From: an uncultured Pseudoxanthomonas sp. | GTDB lineage: Bacteria; Pseudomonadota; Gammaproteobacteria; Xanthomonadales; Xanthomonadaceae | Assembly (NCBI GenBank): GCA_965650035.1 | Contig: CBFGMR010000010.1 | Coordinates: forward strand, 2,593 to 66,592 | Reading direction: 5' to 3' | DNA length: 64,000 nt | Shown: piece after piece, positions 36,158 to 46,694 of the stretch | Position numbering within the stretch: position 1 is the first letter of the stretch | How the letters are laid out: every line of letters begins with the position of its first letter | Notes under the pieces: generated by a model | The model's database searches: none | The model's input: only the letters and a program-made list of their open reading frames with translations | What the model was told of the DNA's origin: nothing | Made by a program: the position numbers and the translations under genes

Positions 36158-38962
36158 TTACAGCTTGTAGCGGAAGCCCAGCATGTACTGGCGACCGTAC
36201 TCGGTGTATTCCTCGGGGAAGAACAGGCCGAGCTGGTTCGAATCGCTGACTTCGGTGCGGAAAGGTTCGTTGTTCAAGTTGTTGACCTGGAACATCAACG
36301 ACAGACCGCCCAGCTTGCTGGATTCGGGGAAGTCGTAGCTCACCTGCATATCGATCGTGCGTTCGTTCAGCGTGTAGCGATAGCTGCGCTGACCGAAGAT
36401 ATAGCTGTACTCGCCGCGGTACGGATCGCGGAAGCGCTGACTCACGCGCGCCGAGAACCCGTTTTTCTCGTAGTAAAGCGTGGCATTGGCGACGATCTTC
36501 GACAGTCCCGGAAACGTGTCGGTGCCGCTACCCTGGTCCGGACCGTCGGGGTCGATCGACGACTCGGTGTAGGACGCATTGAGCAACAGGCCGAACCCAT
36601 CCAGCACCGGATGCAGCAGATCGCCACTCAGCGCACTGCCGAACTCCACGCCGCGCATGTAGCCGCCAGTGCCATTGGCCGGGCTGGAGAAGGTGCCCCA
36701 GTCAGAAGCCGGTGGCACGGGTCCTTCGTAATCGTAGCCCGCGAAATTCCATGGGATGGTCCGGGTGTAGATATACGAATCCAGGTCTTTGTAAAACACC
36801 GCCACCGCCACGTAGCTCGAATTGGATTCGCCAAAGTACTTCTCCACCGACAGGTCCACGGCATTGGCGCGGTAAGGCTCAAGCTGCGGATTCCCACCGC
36901 TGCCGGTCCATTCGCCCCTACCATCGGTGACAGCCACCCCGACGCTGCCATACGCACCCATGTCGTTGATGCGTGGGCGCATCAGTTCGCGGGCAGCACC
37001 AAAGCGCACATTCCAACCGTTACCGAAATCGGCCACAAGATTCAGGCTGGGCAGGATATCGCCGTACGAAGCACCTCCCGTTCCCGCCACAAGCACATTT
37101 TCGTTCTCATGCTGTTCGATAACCACACCGCTCGAGGCTTGTTCGGTGCGAATGTACTGCACGCCCACATTACCGCGCAGGCGCACTGAGTCGGTCAGAT
37201 CCATATCGAGGTTGGCCTTCGCATAAAACGTGCGAATCTCTTCCTCGATACTCTGGTCCTTCTGCAGGTCGTCGTTGCTCTCGCTCAGATACACGTTGTA
37301 GTACCGACCAAGCAGCTCGCGCGGGTCGAAACTGATCACGTTGCCCATACCCGCGAAGCCGAGGCTGGTGGGCGCGGACAGCAGGGAGGGATCGATCAGG
37401 GTCGGTTCGCGGTCCGGCAGATCGGCGAAATAGACCTGCGCGCTCTTGTCCTTGGTGCGTTTGCTGAAGTTGAAGCCCACGTCATAGCTGCGCAGGAAAT
37501 CAGAAGATTCCACCAGGCGGTTCAGGTCCAGCCGGAATGACTTGAGCGTGTCTTTCTGCTGCGAATCCTCCATGCGTCCGTCATGACCCCATACCTGCGG
37601 GTCGCTCAGGTAAACCGAATTCGGATCGGACAAATCGGGCAGAGCGTAGTTGGCATAGCCTGCCGTCAACGGAATTTCAAAGTCCACGTCCAGTCCGCCC
37701 AGCATGCCTGCGTAGGTCTCCAACGCGGACTGCTCGCGCTCGGCGCGCGAATAGCTGGCATCGGCGGTCAGCGTGTACACATCCCACTTGAACTCATTGT
37801 TCCAGCCGATCGCGGACAGCTTGTCTTCGCGCTCGTTATCGTCGTTGCGCACTACAGGCTGGATTCCGCTCAGGGTGCCGCTGGTGACCACCGGTACGCC
37901 GTGATACATCGTCGTGTTGGCGGCGGTATAGGTCGCCGCCCCGCCGTTCCACCACGGATCGTTGGTCCACATCGCACCGCGCATCCATTCCTGCTGCTCG
38001 AACTTGGAGTGGTACATATCCAGCACACTGTGCCAGGTGTCGTTGGGCTTGAATTCCAGCACCGCCATGACGCCGTCGCGGGTCATGTCTCTGGATTTCA
38101 CCCAGCCTTCGGCGCCCTGCAAGGCGATCGCATCGGCGGGTTTGGCGCCTTGCGGCGTGCCCCACAAGTCGGTGTTGGCCCACCACCATGATTTATAGTG
38201 CTTTTCCTGGAATGGCGAGCTGAGGCGTGCGACGCCGACGGCGACACCGATGGTGTTATCGGCAAACTGGTCCACATAGGAAGCCGAGAGTCGGTAGCCT
38301 TTATCCTTGCCCCCCGCCGTCAAGTCGCCGAGTGAGTTGTACTCGCCTTGGCCGCTGAACACGATGCGGCGCTCGCCGAAGTCCAGCGGACGAATGGTCT
38401 GCATGTCGACCGTCCCCGAGAGACCCTGCCCCACCAGCGAAGCATCGGGCGTCTTGTAGACGACTACGGCATTGATCAGTTCGGCTGGATACTGGTCGAA
38501 CTCGACACCGCGGCTATCGCCGGTGCTGACCTGTTCGCGGCCATTGAGCAACGTACCGGCAAACTGCTCGGACATGCCGCGGATGTGGATGACCTGCCCG
38601 CGCCCATCAACGCGCTGCATGGTCAGACCCGGCAGGCGCGAGATCGAGTCGGCGATGCTGATGTCGGGCAGCTTGCCGATGTCTTCGGCCGAGATCGCTT
38701 CCACGATCGAGCTCGATTCGTTTTTTACCTCCACCGACTTGGCGATACTCTGCCGGATACCCGTCACCACCACCGCATCCAGGGTGTTGACGTCCTGCTC
38801 CTGCGCAGGACTCTCATTGGCCGTCGTTGTCTGCTGCTCCTGCGCTTGCGCCCATTGCGCGGCGAACAGTCCCAGACAACAGGCGGTAACCAGAATTCGT
38901 TTGCGCGGACCCGCTTGGCGCGCGCTGGAAATCGTCACCGAACCTTTTTTTGCATGAATCAT
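36158..38962 (-). CDS. TonB-dependent receptor (glycan-type)
   Basis: Signal peptide; LDAVVVTGIR, AEDIGKLPD.SIADSISRLPG plug; barrel ending YMLGFRYKL. Confidence 0.95.
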   Translation of the reverse strand: MIHAKKGSVTISSARQAGPRKRILVTACCLGLFAAQWAQAQEQQTTTANESPAQEQDVNTLDAVVVTGIRQSIAKSVEVKNESSSIVEAISAEDIGKLPDISIADSISRLPGLTMQRVDGRGQVIHIRGMSEQFAGTLLNGREQVSTGDSRGVEFDQYPAELINAVVVYKTPDASLVGQGLSGTVDMQTIRPLDFGERRIVFSGQGEYNSLGDLTAGGKDKGYRLSASYVDQFADNTIGVAVGVARLSSPFQEKHYKSWWWANTDLWGTPQGAKPADAIALQGAEGWVKSRDMTRDGVMAVLEFKPNDTWHSVLDMYHSKFEQQEWMRGAMWTNDPWWNGGAATYTAANTTMYHGVPVVTSGTLSGIQPVVRNDDNEREDKLSAIGWNNEFKWDVYTLTADASYSRAEREQSALETYAGMLGGLDVDFEIPLTAGYANYALPDLSDPNSVYLSDPQVWGHDGRMEDSQQKDTLKSFRLDLNRLVESSDFLRSYDVGFNFSKRTKDKSAQVYFADLPDREPTLIDPSLLSAPTSLGFAGMGNVISFDPRELLGRYYNVYLSESNDDLQKDQSIEEEIRTFYAKANLDMDLTDSVRLRGNVGVQYIRTEQASSGVVIEQHENENVLVAGTGGASYGDILPSLNLVADFGNGWNVRFGAARELMRPRINDMGAYGSVGVAVTDGRGEWTGSGGNPQLEPYRANAVDLSVEKYFGESNSSYVAVAVFYKDLDSYIYTRTIPWNFAGYDYEGPVPPASDWGTFSSPANGTGGYMRGVEFGSALSGDLLHPVLDGFGLLLNASYTESSIDPDGPDQGSGTDTFPGLSKIVANATLYYEKNGFSARVSQRFRDPYRGEYSYIFGQRSYRYTLNERTIDMQVSYDFPESSKLGGLSLMFQVNNLNNEPFRTEVSDSNQLGLFFPEEYTEYGRQYMLGFRYKL

Positions 38963-38983
38963 CTGATCTCTCCACCCCGTTGC

Positions 38984-38997
38984 TGACAGCGCTGTCA
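38984..38997. promoter_or_regulatory. LacI-family operator (perfect palindrome)
   Basis: TGACAGCGCTGTCA, central GCGC typical of LacI sites, in the divergent TBDR/GH30 promoter region. Confidence 0.8.
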
Positions 38998-39006
38998 TAT
39001 AATCGC

Positions 39007-39021
39007 TGAAAGCGCTTGTCA
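39007..39021. promoter_or_regulatory. Degenerate second LacI-like operator
   Basis: TGAAAGCGCTTGTCA, 9/10 match in left half, one extra base in right half. Confidence 0.5.
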
Positions 39022-39078
39022 ACAATCGGTTAAGAATGCGCAGAGTTTTCCGCGTAGATCCCGCGATTGCGAGAGCTT

Positions 39079-39098
39079 CGATAGCGACAACGCTATCG
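39079..39098. promoter_or_regulatory. Third operator-like palindrome near GH30 promoter
   Basis: CGATAGCG-ACAA-CGCTATCG; internal 14-mer matches the perfect operator at 10/14. Confidence 0.45.
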
Positions 39099-39166
39099 TT
39101 TCGTTGCGACGCAGCACGCAAGCGCGTGCATGTAACGTTACACAACACCTCCTCCGAGGAGAATGG

Positions 39167-40651
39167 ATGAACGTTCCGGACCTTCGTCGCCATGCGCAAC
39201 CGAGAGCGGTTTTATTGTCTTTCTCATTCGCGCTGATCGGCGCCGCCTGCGCCAGCCAACCGCGATTGCCGGATTCCAGCGCCGCAAGCGGTGCCGCGGA
39301 AGTCCAAGCCTGGGTCACCACTGCCGATCACAGTTGGGCGCTGAAGCCCGTGGAAGTGCATGCGGAATCGGCCGATGCGGTGGCAGAGATCCAAGTGGAT
39401 ACCGGCAAGCGGTATCAGCGCATGCTCGGTTTCGGCGCCTCCATCACCGACTCTTCCGCCTGGCTGATCCAACACAAGATGACCTCCGCTCAGCGACAGG
39501 CGCTGCTGCAGGAATTGTTCGGGCGCTCGGGTGACGGCATCGGCCTTGAATTCACGCGCTTGACCATCGGCGCATCGGATTTCTCGCGGCACCACTACAG
39601 CCTGGACGATCCGCCCAACGGCGAAGCGGATCCGCAACTGCAGCATTTCAGTATCGCCCCCAATCTGTCCGACGTGGTGCCGGTGACGCGCCAGGCGCTT
39701 GCGGTCAATCCACGTCTGCAGGTGATGGCGTCACCGTGGAGCGCGCCCGCCTGGATGAAGGACAGCGACAGCCTGATCAAAGGCAGCCTTCGCCCCGAGT
39801 ATTACGGCGCTTTCGCTCGCTACCTGCTCAAGTACGTCGACGCTTACGCGGCAGAAGGCATTCCCATCTTCGCGCTTACCGTGCAGAACGAACCCGATTT
39901 CGAGCCCGCCGATTACCCGGGCATGCGTCTTAACGCACCGGCACGCGCGCGACTGATAGGCGATCATCTGGGCCCACTGATTGCCGCACGCGGAAAAGGT
40001 CCTTTGATTTTCGATTGGGACCACAACTGGGACAAACCCCAGGAACCCGGCGCTGTCTTGTCCGACCCTGCGGCAGGCCCTTACGTAGCTGCGGTGGCTT
40101 GGCATTGCTATGGCGGCGACCCTTCCGCGCAGTCGACCGTGCATGCGGCGTTCCCGGACAAGGACGTCTATATGACCGAGTGTTCGGACGGCACCTGGGA
40201 ACCGGTGCGCAGCGGTGGCCTGCCTCTGCAGGCGAAGCAATTGATCGTGCAGGCCACCCGCGACTGGGCCCGTGGCGTGCTGTTCTGGAACCTGGCCCTC
40301 GACGAACGTGGCGGTCCGCATGCGGGCGGCTGCGATACCTGTATCGGAGTGGTGACGATCGACTCGGCAACCGGCCGTGTCAGCCGCAACAACGGCTACT
40401 ACGCGCTCGCCCACGCCAGCCGCTTCGTGCGCCGCGATGCGTATCGCATCGCTTCCACCGCGACCGGCGACGGACTGGATAACGTCGCTTTTCAGAATAC
40501 CGATGACGGGTCGGTAGTACTGATCGTCACCAATACCGGCTCCAAACAGCGCGGCTTTTCCGTACGCCAGCAAGAACGGCGCTTCGGCTACACGCTTCCG
40601 GCCAAAAGCATAGCCACCTTCCGTTGGCCGGGCTCCGCCAGCCAGCCATGA
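39167..40651 (+). CDS. GH30 glycoside hydrolase lipoprotein (beta-1,6-glucanase-like)
   Basis: Lipobox IGAAC; GFGASIT, IGASDFS, SPWSAPAWMK, acid/base VQNEP, nucleophile MTECS, WNLALDERGGP. Confidence 0.9.
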   Translation: MNVPDLRRHAQPRAVLLSFSFALIGAACASQPRLPDSSAASGAAEVQAWVTTADHSWALKPVEVHAESADAVAEIQVDTGKRYQRMLGFGASITDSSAWLIQHKMTSAQRQALLQELFGRSGDGIGLEFTRLTIGASDFSRHHYSLDDPPNGEADPQLQHFSIAPNLSDVVPVTRQALAVNPRLQVMASPWSAPAWMKDSDSLIKGSLRPEYYGAFARYLLKYVDAYAAEGIPIFALTVQNEPDFEPADYPGMRLNAPARARLIGDHLGPLIAARGKGPLIFDWDHNWDKPQEPGAVLSDPAAGPYVAAVAWHCYGGDPSAQSTVHAAFPDKDVYMTECSDGTWEPVRSGGLPLQAKQLIVQATRDWARGVLFWNLALDERGGPHAGGCDTCIGVVTIDSATGRVSRNNGYYALAHASRFVRRDAYRIASTATGDGLDNVAFQNTDDGSVVLIVTNTGSKQRGFSVRQQERRFGYTLPAKSIATFRWPGSASQP

Positions 40652-40756
40652 ACGAGAGCAAGCGCGGATATGCCAATCGCCTCTTACGCTGGCAGAATCG
40701 CTTGACCCAAACCGGCCGTCCAGGGACTGGTTTACATCAGGAGCGGGACACGGAAT

Positions 40757-41785
40757 ATGCGTAGTCGTATCGAGGATGTGGCCGCCGCCGCCGGCGTGTC
40801 GATGAAAACGGTCTCGCGCGTGCTCAACCACGAACCCAATGTGCGCGAAGAAACGCGCGATCGCGTCATGCGCGCGGTCGATCAGTTGCAGTACAAGCCG
40901 AACCTTTCCGCCCGCAGCCTGGCCGGACAGCGCTCCTGCATGGTGGCGCTCGTCTACAACAATCCCTCGCGCAATTACCTGATGGAGATCCAAAGCGGCA
41001 TGCTGGAAGCCTGTCGCGTCAACCATTACAACCTGGTCCTGGCTCCCGTGGGTGCGGGCAAGCAACGCATCGCGGACGATATCAAGGGGTTTTTCGAATC
41101 CTTCGGTCCCGACGGCGTAGTGCTGATTCCTCCGCTGACCGATAACAGCGTGGTGCTGGATTATCTGGAAGAGCACGAGGTACCGTTCGTCTGCATCGCT
41201 CCGCGAAACCCGCAGGCGCGCATCGGCGTGATGATGGAGGAAACCGCTGCCGTGGTGGAGCTCATGGCCGGATTGATAGCGCTGGGGCACAGGCGCATCG
41301 GCCACATCAAGGGTCCGCGGTTGCACGGTGCCTGTCAGTGGCGCCACACCGGGTATCGCGAAGCTTTGCGTAAAGCCGGTATCGCCTACGACGCGGCACT
41401 GGTGACTCAGGGCGAATTCTCATTCGAGTCGGGCATAGGCGGGGCGAACCGATTGCTCGACCTGGCCGACCCGCCTACCGCGATCTTCGCCGCCAACGAC
41501 GACATGGCCGCCGGTGTGATCCGCGCGGCCGGCGAGCGCGGGCTGGCCGTGCCGCGCGACTTGTCGGTCTGCGGTTTCGACGACACGCCCATTGCGCGCC
41601 ATATCTACCCTGCCCTGACCACGGTGCGCCAGCCGACTGCGGAAATGGGCCGGCTCGCGACTCTGCAATTGCTGGAGCGGATCCGTACGCCGGGTGCCGG
41701 CCGCATGGTCCACGTCGAACACACCCTGTTGTTCCGCGAATCGACCAGACCGCCGAAGCAACCTGCACCGGTTACGGTACGCTGA
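40757..41785 (+). CDS. LacI-family transcriptional regulator
   Basis: IEDVAAAAGVSMKTVSRVLN HTH; PTAIFAANDDMA, SVCGFDD, LTTVRQP. Confidence 0.95.
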   Translation: MRSRIEDVAAAAGVSMKTVSRVLNHEPNVREETRDRVMRAVDQLQYKPNLSARSLAGQRSCMVALVYNNPSRNYLMEIQSGMLEACRVNHYNLVLAPVGAGKQRIADDIKGFFESFGPDGVVLIPPLTDNSVVLDYLEEHEVPFVCIAPRNPQARIGVMMEETAAVVELMAGLIALGHRRIGHIKGPRLHGACQWRHTGYREALRKAGIAYDAALVTQGEFSFESGIGGANRLLDLADPPTAIFAANDDMAAGVIRAAGERGLAVPRDLSVCGFDDTPIARHIYPALTTVRQPTAEMGRLATLQLLERIRTPGAGRMVHVEHTLLFRESTRPPKQPAPVTVR

Positions 41786-41789
41786 GCCC

Positions 41790-43034
41790 ATGCACGCAAT
41801 TATTGCTGCCGCCGCCGATGCGCTGATCTTCATCCTTCTCGCATGGACGCTATGGCGTTTGCTCGGTCGCTCGATACCGATAGCGGTGATTCCGATCATC
41901 ATCGGGCTGGTATTGGCGGCCACCGGGGGGTTGCCGGCCTCACTGGGCGTGCCGTCGGTGATTGGCGACAAGATCGGCTGGATCGGCGTGTTGCTGCTGG
42001 CCTTTACCGCCGGTCTGGAGACGCGGCAGTCCGCGCATATCGATTCCCCGGCGGATCTACCGGTCGCAGCGCGCAGGCCGGTATTCCGGTTCGTAGCCAG
42101 CGCGGCGCTCGCGTTGTTGTTGCCTTTCGTGGTCGGCACACTGGCCGCATACCACTACTTCGCAGCGTTGCCGAACTGGGCGGCGCCTAACGGCGATCGC
42201 GCGCTGGGCGCGATCGCCATCGGCTTGTGCGTTGCGGTCAGCGCGTTACCGGTATTGATCGGCATTGTCCGCGAGCTGGGACCACTGCATCGCCCCCTTA
42301 GCCAGATGGCAGTACGTATCGCCGTAATCGACGACGCGGTGCTGTGGATCGGCTTGGCCCTGCTTCTGCTGGTCGCCGATGGCAATGCCGCACTGTCCGG
42401 TGGATCGTCGCTGCAGTTGTTGGCGCTCGCGGTGCCGGTGGCGATGGTGGCGTTGGGTTCCATGAGCCGCCGCAGGAATTCTGTGCCGCCCGGATGGACG
42501 GTCTGGCTGATGCTGCCCCTCTATCTGATAGCCGGTTCCTGGGCGAGTTCGCAGTTGGGTCTGCACGCCTTGCTGGGTGCCTATTTTGCCGGTGCGGTGA
42601 TTCCGCCTGCATGGGCGCGCCGACTGCCCGTCGAGCGCATCGGCCAGTTCGCGTTGCTCGGTCTGGCTCCTTTGTTTTTCGGGCATAGCGGCCTGAAGAT
42701 CGATGGGGACGCACTCGGCTGGGCTTCGTTGCAGGCTTCCTTGGCATTGCTGGCCATCTCGGTCGCGGCCAAACTCGCTGCCGTATTGATCTGTCCGCCA
42801 GCTTCTCCGTTGTCCCGACGGGAATCGCTGGCCATCGGCGCGCTTCTGCAATGCAAGGGCTTGATGGAGATCGTGGCCGCCACGATCCTGCGCGACAAGG
42901 GGCTGCTCTCCGAACATGCCTTCGCAGCCCTGGTCACGCTTGCCGTGCTATCCACTCTTCTCACTGGTCCGTTCTTTCGTTTTCTCTTGAGGCGCAGGGC
43001 GGAATTGCCGGAATCGGGCAGTCAATCCATCTGA
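41790..43034 (+). CDS. Cation:proton antiporter (CPA2/Kef-type membrane domain)
   Basis: About 12 TM; SALPVL, VIDDAVLW, PLFFGHSGL, LLQCKGLMEIV motifs. Confidence 0.85.
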   Translation: MHAIIAAAADALIFILLAWTLWRLLGRSIPIAVIPIIIGLVLAATGGLPASLGVPSVIGDKIGWIGVLLLAFTAGLETRQSAHIDSPADLPVAARRPVFRFVASAALALLLPFVVGTLAAYHYFAALPNWAAPNGDRALGAIAIGLCVAVSALPVLIGIVRELGPLHRPLSQMAVRIAVIDDAVLWIGLALLLLVADGNAALSGGSSLQLLALAVPVAMVALGSMSRRRNSVPPGWTVWLMLPLYLIAGSWASSQLGLHALLGAYFAGAVIPPAWARRLPVERIGQFALLGLAPLFFGHSGLKIDGDALGWASLQASLALLAISVAAKLAAVLICPPASPLSRRESLAIGALLQCKGLMEIVAATILRDKGLLSEHAFAALVTLAVLSTLLTGPFFRFLLRRRAELPESGSQSI

Positions 43035-43135
43035 AATCCTTTTGTAGAGCCGAGAATTCCGAGTCAAAACCTTGTGAAGGAAATTGCGTGGGCCAATGCC
43101 TACTATTCCTTTCCCCTGAGTGAGCAGGAGTTCTT

Positions 43136-43564
43136 ATGGAAACCCAGGAACTGCATCGCGGACGATTGATCGACCACATTCAACTCGTAGTGGAAGACCT
43201 GGAGGCCAGCCGACGGTTTTACGAAGCCGTATTTGGAGAGCTCAACATTCCCATGGCCGGTTCGGGCAAAGATTTCTTCTGGGCCGACGAGTTGTTCGTC
43301 TCCACTCCGGACAGCGAAGCGGCCCAGGGCGAACTTACCGGCCGCCACCACCTGGCCTTTCAAGCGAGGGACCGGACCATGGTCGACGATTTCTACAAGG
43401 CCGCATTGAAGAACGGGGGACGCGACAACGGCGCACCCGGCGTGCGCCCCTACCATCCGGGCTACTACGGCGCCTTCGTGCTGGATCCGGACGGCAACAA
43501 TATAGAAGCCGTGTACCACGGCGAAGCCCAACGAAGCGCGCCTTCGGTCAAGGTGACGTTCTGA
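43136..43564 (+). CDS. VOC/glyoxalase family protein
   Basis: IDHIQLVVEDLEASRRFY, HLAFQA, YYGAFVLDPDGNNIEAV. Confidence 0.92.
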   Translation: METQELHRGRLIDHIQLVVEDLEASRRFYEAVFGELNIPMAGSGKDFFWADELFVSTPDSEAAQGELTGRHHLAFQARDRTMVDDFYKAALKNGGRDNGAPGVRPYHPGYYGAFVLDPDGNNIEAVYHGEAQRSAPSVKVTF

Positions 43565-43786
43565 ATCGTCCTGGTCATCGCGGACTGCGCGCACTCACGC
43601 CGTGGTTCACGATGGGTGCCCGTGCTCGACTCGACGCTACCGTGCGCACCAGTCATGGAGTCGTGATGTAGGAGTGCGAGCTGCGGGACTGCGAACCATC
43701 GCTTTTCGGTTACGGAACAATGACACTTCATCCTGACGATGCTTGTACTAGACTCCGGATACCTACTGGCCGCTTCGGGTGATCGC

Positions 43787-44680
43787 ATGTCCCTGCTCCT
43801 TCGCGCTCCGCGCAAACGCCGCAGTACCGCCAGCAATCGGATCCGGCGGTGGTTGACGATCGGACTGGCGATCGGTTTGCTGGTCTGTGGGCCGGCGATG
43901 GCGCAGCCGCTTCGAGTGATGACTTTCAATGTGCGTCTGCTGACGGACAGCGATGGCGCCAACCGCTGGGAAGCCAGGCGTGCGTTGGCAGCGACGATGG
44001 TGGCGCAGGAAAATCCCGACCTCATCGGAACGCAAGAGTTGTTCAAGCGCCAAGGCGACGAACTGGTGGCGCGGTTGCCGCAGTACGCGTGGTTCGGTCA
44101 GGGTCGCCGTGGCGGCGATGGGGACGAACACATGGGCGTTTTCTATCGCAAGGACCGTCTGCGGGTGCTGGCGACCGGCGATTTCTGGTTGTCCGATACG
44201 CCCGAGACGGTGGGCAGCATCAGCTGGGGAAACCTGTACCCGCGCATGGTGACCTGGGCGCGCTTCCAGCGCATCGCCGATGGCGCGACCTTCGTCCTCT
44301 ACAACACCCACCTTCCCTACCGCGAGGAAGACGAACCCGCCCGCGAACGCGGCGCCGCGCTCATTCTGGCGCGCTTGCGGCAACTGTCGGCCGATGAGCC
44401 GGTCATTGTCACCGGCGACTTCAACACCGCGCCGGACGGTCCCACGCATACCCTGTTGACCAGCGTGCTGACCGATGCCTGGACGGCTGCACCGCAACGT
44501 CTTGGCCCGCCGGCCACGTTCCACGACTTCACCGGTAAAGCGGACGGGCGCATCGACTGGATCCTGTTCCGCGGACTGCAGGTCAAATCGGCCAAGACCG
44601 TAACCACCCACCGCCGCAGCCGCTATCCTTCGGACCATTTCCCGGTGGTGGTGGACTTCGAATTTACCGCCCGAAAGTAG
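43787..44680 (+). CDS. Endonuclease/exonuclease/phosphatase family protein, secreted
   Basis: LRVMTFNVR, GTQE, NTHL, TGDFN, RIDWI, PSDHFPV. Confidence 0.92.
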   Translation: MSLLLRAPRKRRSTASNRIRRWLTIGLAIGLLVCGPAMAQPLRVMTFNVRLLTDSDGANRWEARRALAATMVAQENPDLIGTQELFKRQGDELVARLPQYAWFGQGRRGGDGDEHMGVFYRKDRLRVLATGDFWLSDTPETVGSISWGNLYPRMVTWARFQRIADGATFVLYNTHLPYREEDEPARERGAALILARLRQLSADEPVIVTGDFNTAPDGPTHTLLTSVLTDAWTAAPQRLGPPATFHDFTGKADGRIDWILFRGLQVKSAKTVTTHRRSRYPSDHFPVVVDFEFTARK

Positions 44681-44749
44681 ATCGCACGAGGCGGACCTGA
44701 CGACGGCGGCTGCATTCATCGCCTATGACGCCTGCGCGATAACCGAGCT

Positions 44750-45217
44750 TCAGTTACGCATCAGGCCGGGAGGGTCGTCGGTCTGCGACGTCGAAGCGGG
44801 GTGCGACCAAACCGGTACGGCTTTCGTTCCCCGGTCCATCGGCTCCGGGCATTTGCCGTCGCCTCTGCCGGTGAATCCGCCCGAAGGATTGCAGATCTCG
44901 GTTCCGCCCGCGTCGAACAACGGGTTGTACTGATCGCAACAGGGCGAATACAAATAGTAGGCAGCCTGACCATTGTGGGTGATCCGCCAGATGCCGAGCG
45001 GCGCGCGATCGGCCGGCAACGCTTCGTACTGCCCGATCTTGACGCGGAGCCATTCGGGCAACGAAGTGGATGATGGCGAAGACTGCGACGTTGAGGCGGC
45101 CGAAGAAGAAGGCGACGGTTGCGGACGCGCGTCGCCCGCGGCGCACCCTGCGCACAACGCCGCCAGAAGCAGTGTGATGGTCGGAACAAAGCGGGCAGCG
45201 GAATCCAGTCGTTTCAT
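44750..45217 (-). CDS. DUF6970-like lipoprotein
   Basis: Lipobox CAGC; PCCDQYNPLFD...ICNPSGGFTGRGDGKC motif. Confidence 0.75.
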   Translation of the reverse strand: MKRLDSAARFVPTITLLLAALCAGCAAGDARPQPSPSSSAASTSQSSPSSTSLPEWLRVKIGQYEALPADRAPLGIWRITHNGQAAYYLYSPCCDQYNPLFDAGGTEICNPSGGFTGRGDGKCPEPMDRGTKAVPVWSHPASTSQTDDPPGLMRN

Positions 45218-45262
45218 ACGTCCCTCATACAAACAGCGATACAGGGATTGTAACGACGGCAT

Positions 45263-45289
45263 GGAAGGGCGGGTGCCGCCCGCCCTTCC
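45263..45289. terminator. Hairpin downstream of glycine-zipper gene
   Basis: Perfect stem GGAAGGGCGGG/CCCGCCCTTCC, 5-nt loop. Confidence 0.55.
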
Positions 45290-45328
45290 CTGATGCAACC
45301 GCTGGCCATGGGACTCCGGCGTTGGAAC

Positions 45329-45688
45329 TCAGCGGTAAACGCGCTCGCATTGGCGCTCGACCACGCGGTCGCCCTTCTTTTCCTGGGCGTTGCCCTGCAC
45401 CTTGCGTCCTATCAGGCCGCCGGCCACCGCACCGCCGACCGTCGCCGCTTTCTTGCCGTTGCCCTTGCCGACCTGATTGCCGAGCAGGCCTCCCACCACC
45501 GCGCCGGTGGCGGTGCCCAGGATGCGGTTGGAATCCTTGCTGCTGCGCTGGACCTCGACGTTCTTGCACACCACTTTGCTGCCGTCGTTGAAACGGCGGC
45601 CTTCGTCCTGCGGGCCGTATTGCTGCGCGAAGGCGGTGGCCGAGAGCAGCATCGCGCCGGCCAACAGAGTCGTACGTATCGTCTTCAT
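45329..45688 (-). CDS. Glycine zipper 2TM domain protein
   Basis: Signal peptide; GTATGAVVGGLLGNQVGKGNGKKAATVGGAVAGG. Confidence 0.9.
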   Translation of the reverse strand: MKTIRTTLLAGAMLLSATAFAQQYGPQDEGRRFNDGSKVVCKNVEVQRSSKDSNRILGTATGAVVGGLLGNQVGKGNGKKAATVGGAVAGGLIGRKVQGNAQEKKGDRVVERQCERVYR

Positions 45689-46067
45689 GTCGGAACCTCG
45701 CCACTTGGGTACGAAACCGTATTGTTGGTCCGCAATCGACAACGGCACGTGAAAAACGGCCTGTGCGTCGCCGCGTCGCGGGAAAGGTTCAGTTGATGTC
45801 GATTTTCGCGGCCCCCGCTCGTCGCAAGAGAAAGCAGCATTCGAAAACCGGCCGCAGAGCGGTCAAGGCGTCCGTTGCCCGACTTTTGAGCATCTGTCAT
45901 GCCGAAAATGATATTCGTGAGCCTTGCCGTCAGAGACCCCCGATGCCGCAATGGCCTATGACCGATGAGCGTGACCCTTTCCGCCAAGCTCGGTGACGCA
46001 TGGCAAGAGAGTCAACCATGGTTCCCCACAACAGCGGCTGCGACATACCTGAAGGAGCAAACGTCCG

Positions 46068-46622
46068 ATGACACAGATCACTCTGCTCGCCTGCGCTTGC
46101 GGGAAAGTCCAGCTTGAGGCACTACGCGCGCCCATCGTCAGCACCGAGTGCCATTGCAGCAGTTGCCGCGCAGCCGGCGCCAAGCTGGAGGCCGTCGCTG
46201 CTTGTTCCATTCTGGAAGCGAACGGCGGAACCCGCTTCATCCTCTACCGCAAGGACAGGGTTCGCTTCCTCAAAGGCGCCGAATTGCTGAGAGAATTCCG
46301 CCTGACTTCCCAGTCCCCTACCCGCAGGGTGGTCGCCGGCTGCTGCAGTACGCCGATGTTTCTTGAATTCGAGAACGGCCACTGGCTCAGCCTGTACAGC
46401 GGCCTATGGCCACGGGACACTCTGCCGCCGCTCGACTTGCGGACAATGACCAGCGACCTCGCCAACCCCGCGGCGCTTACCGACGATGTGCCGAGCGGAA
46501 GACGGCAAACGGCGCTGTTCTACGCCAAGCTTCTTCGTGCGTGGATCGCGATGGGTTTCAAAAGCCCGAGAATCACCGTCAATGGAACTTTCCATGCGGA
46601 CAATGCTGGATCGATGTGCTGA
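46068..46622 (+). CDS. GFA family (Zn-binding CxCx-CHCxxC) protein
   Basis: LACACGKV, ECHCSSCR, RRVVAGCCSTPMF. Confidence 0.8.
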   Translation: MTQITLLACACGKVQLEALRAPIVSTECHCSSCRAAGAKLEAVAACSILEANGGTRFILYRKDRVRFLKGAELLREFRLTSQSPTRRVVAGCCSTPMFLEFENGHWLSLYSGLWPRDTLPPLDLRTMTSDLANPAALTDDVPSGRRQTALFYAKLLRAWIAMGFKSPRITVNGTFHADNAGSMC

Positions 46623-46694
46623 CTCTGCCGGTGGTTTCCGACAGCCCGCGATGCGCAAGGCCGGCGATCCGGCGCGTCTTGCGAACGTCGATCG

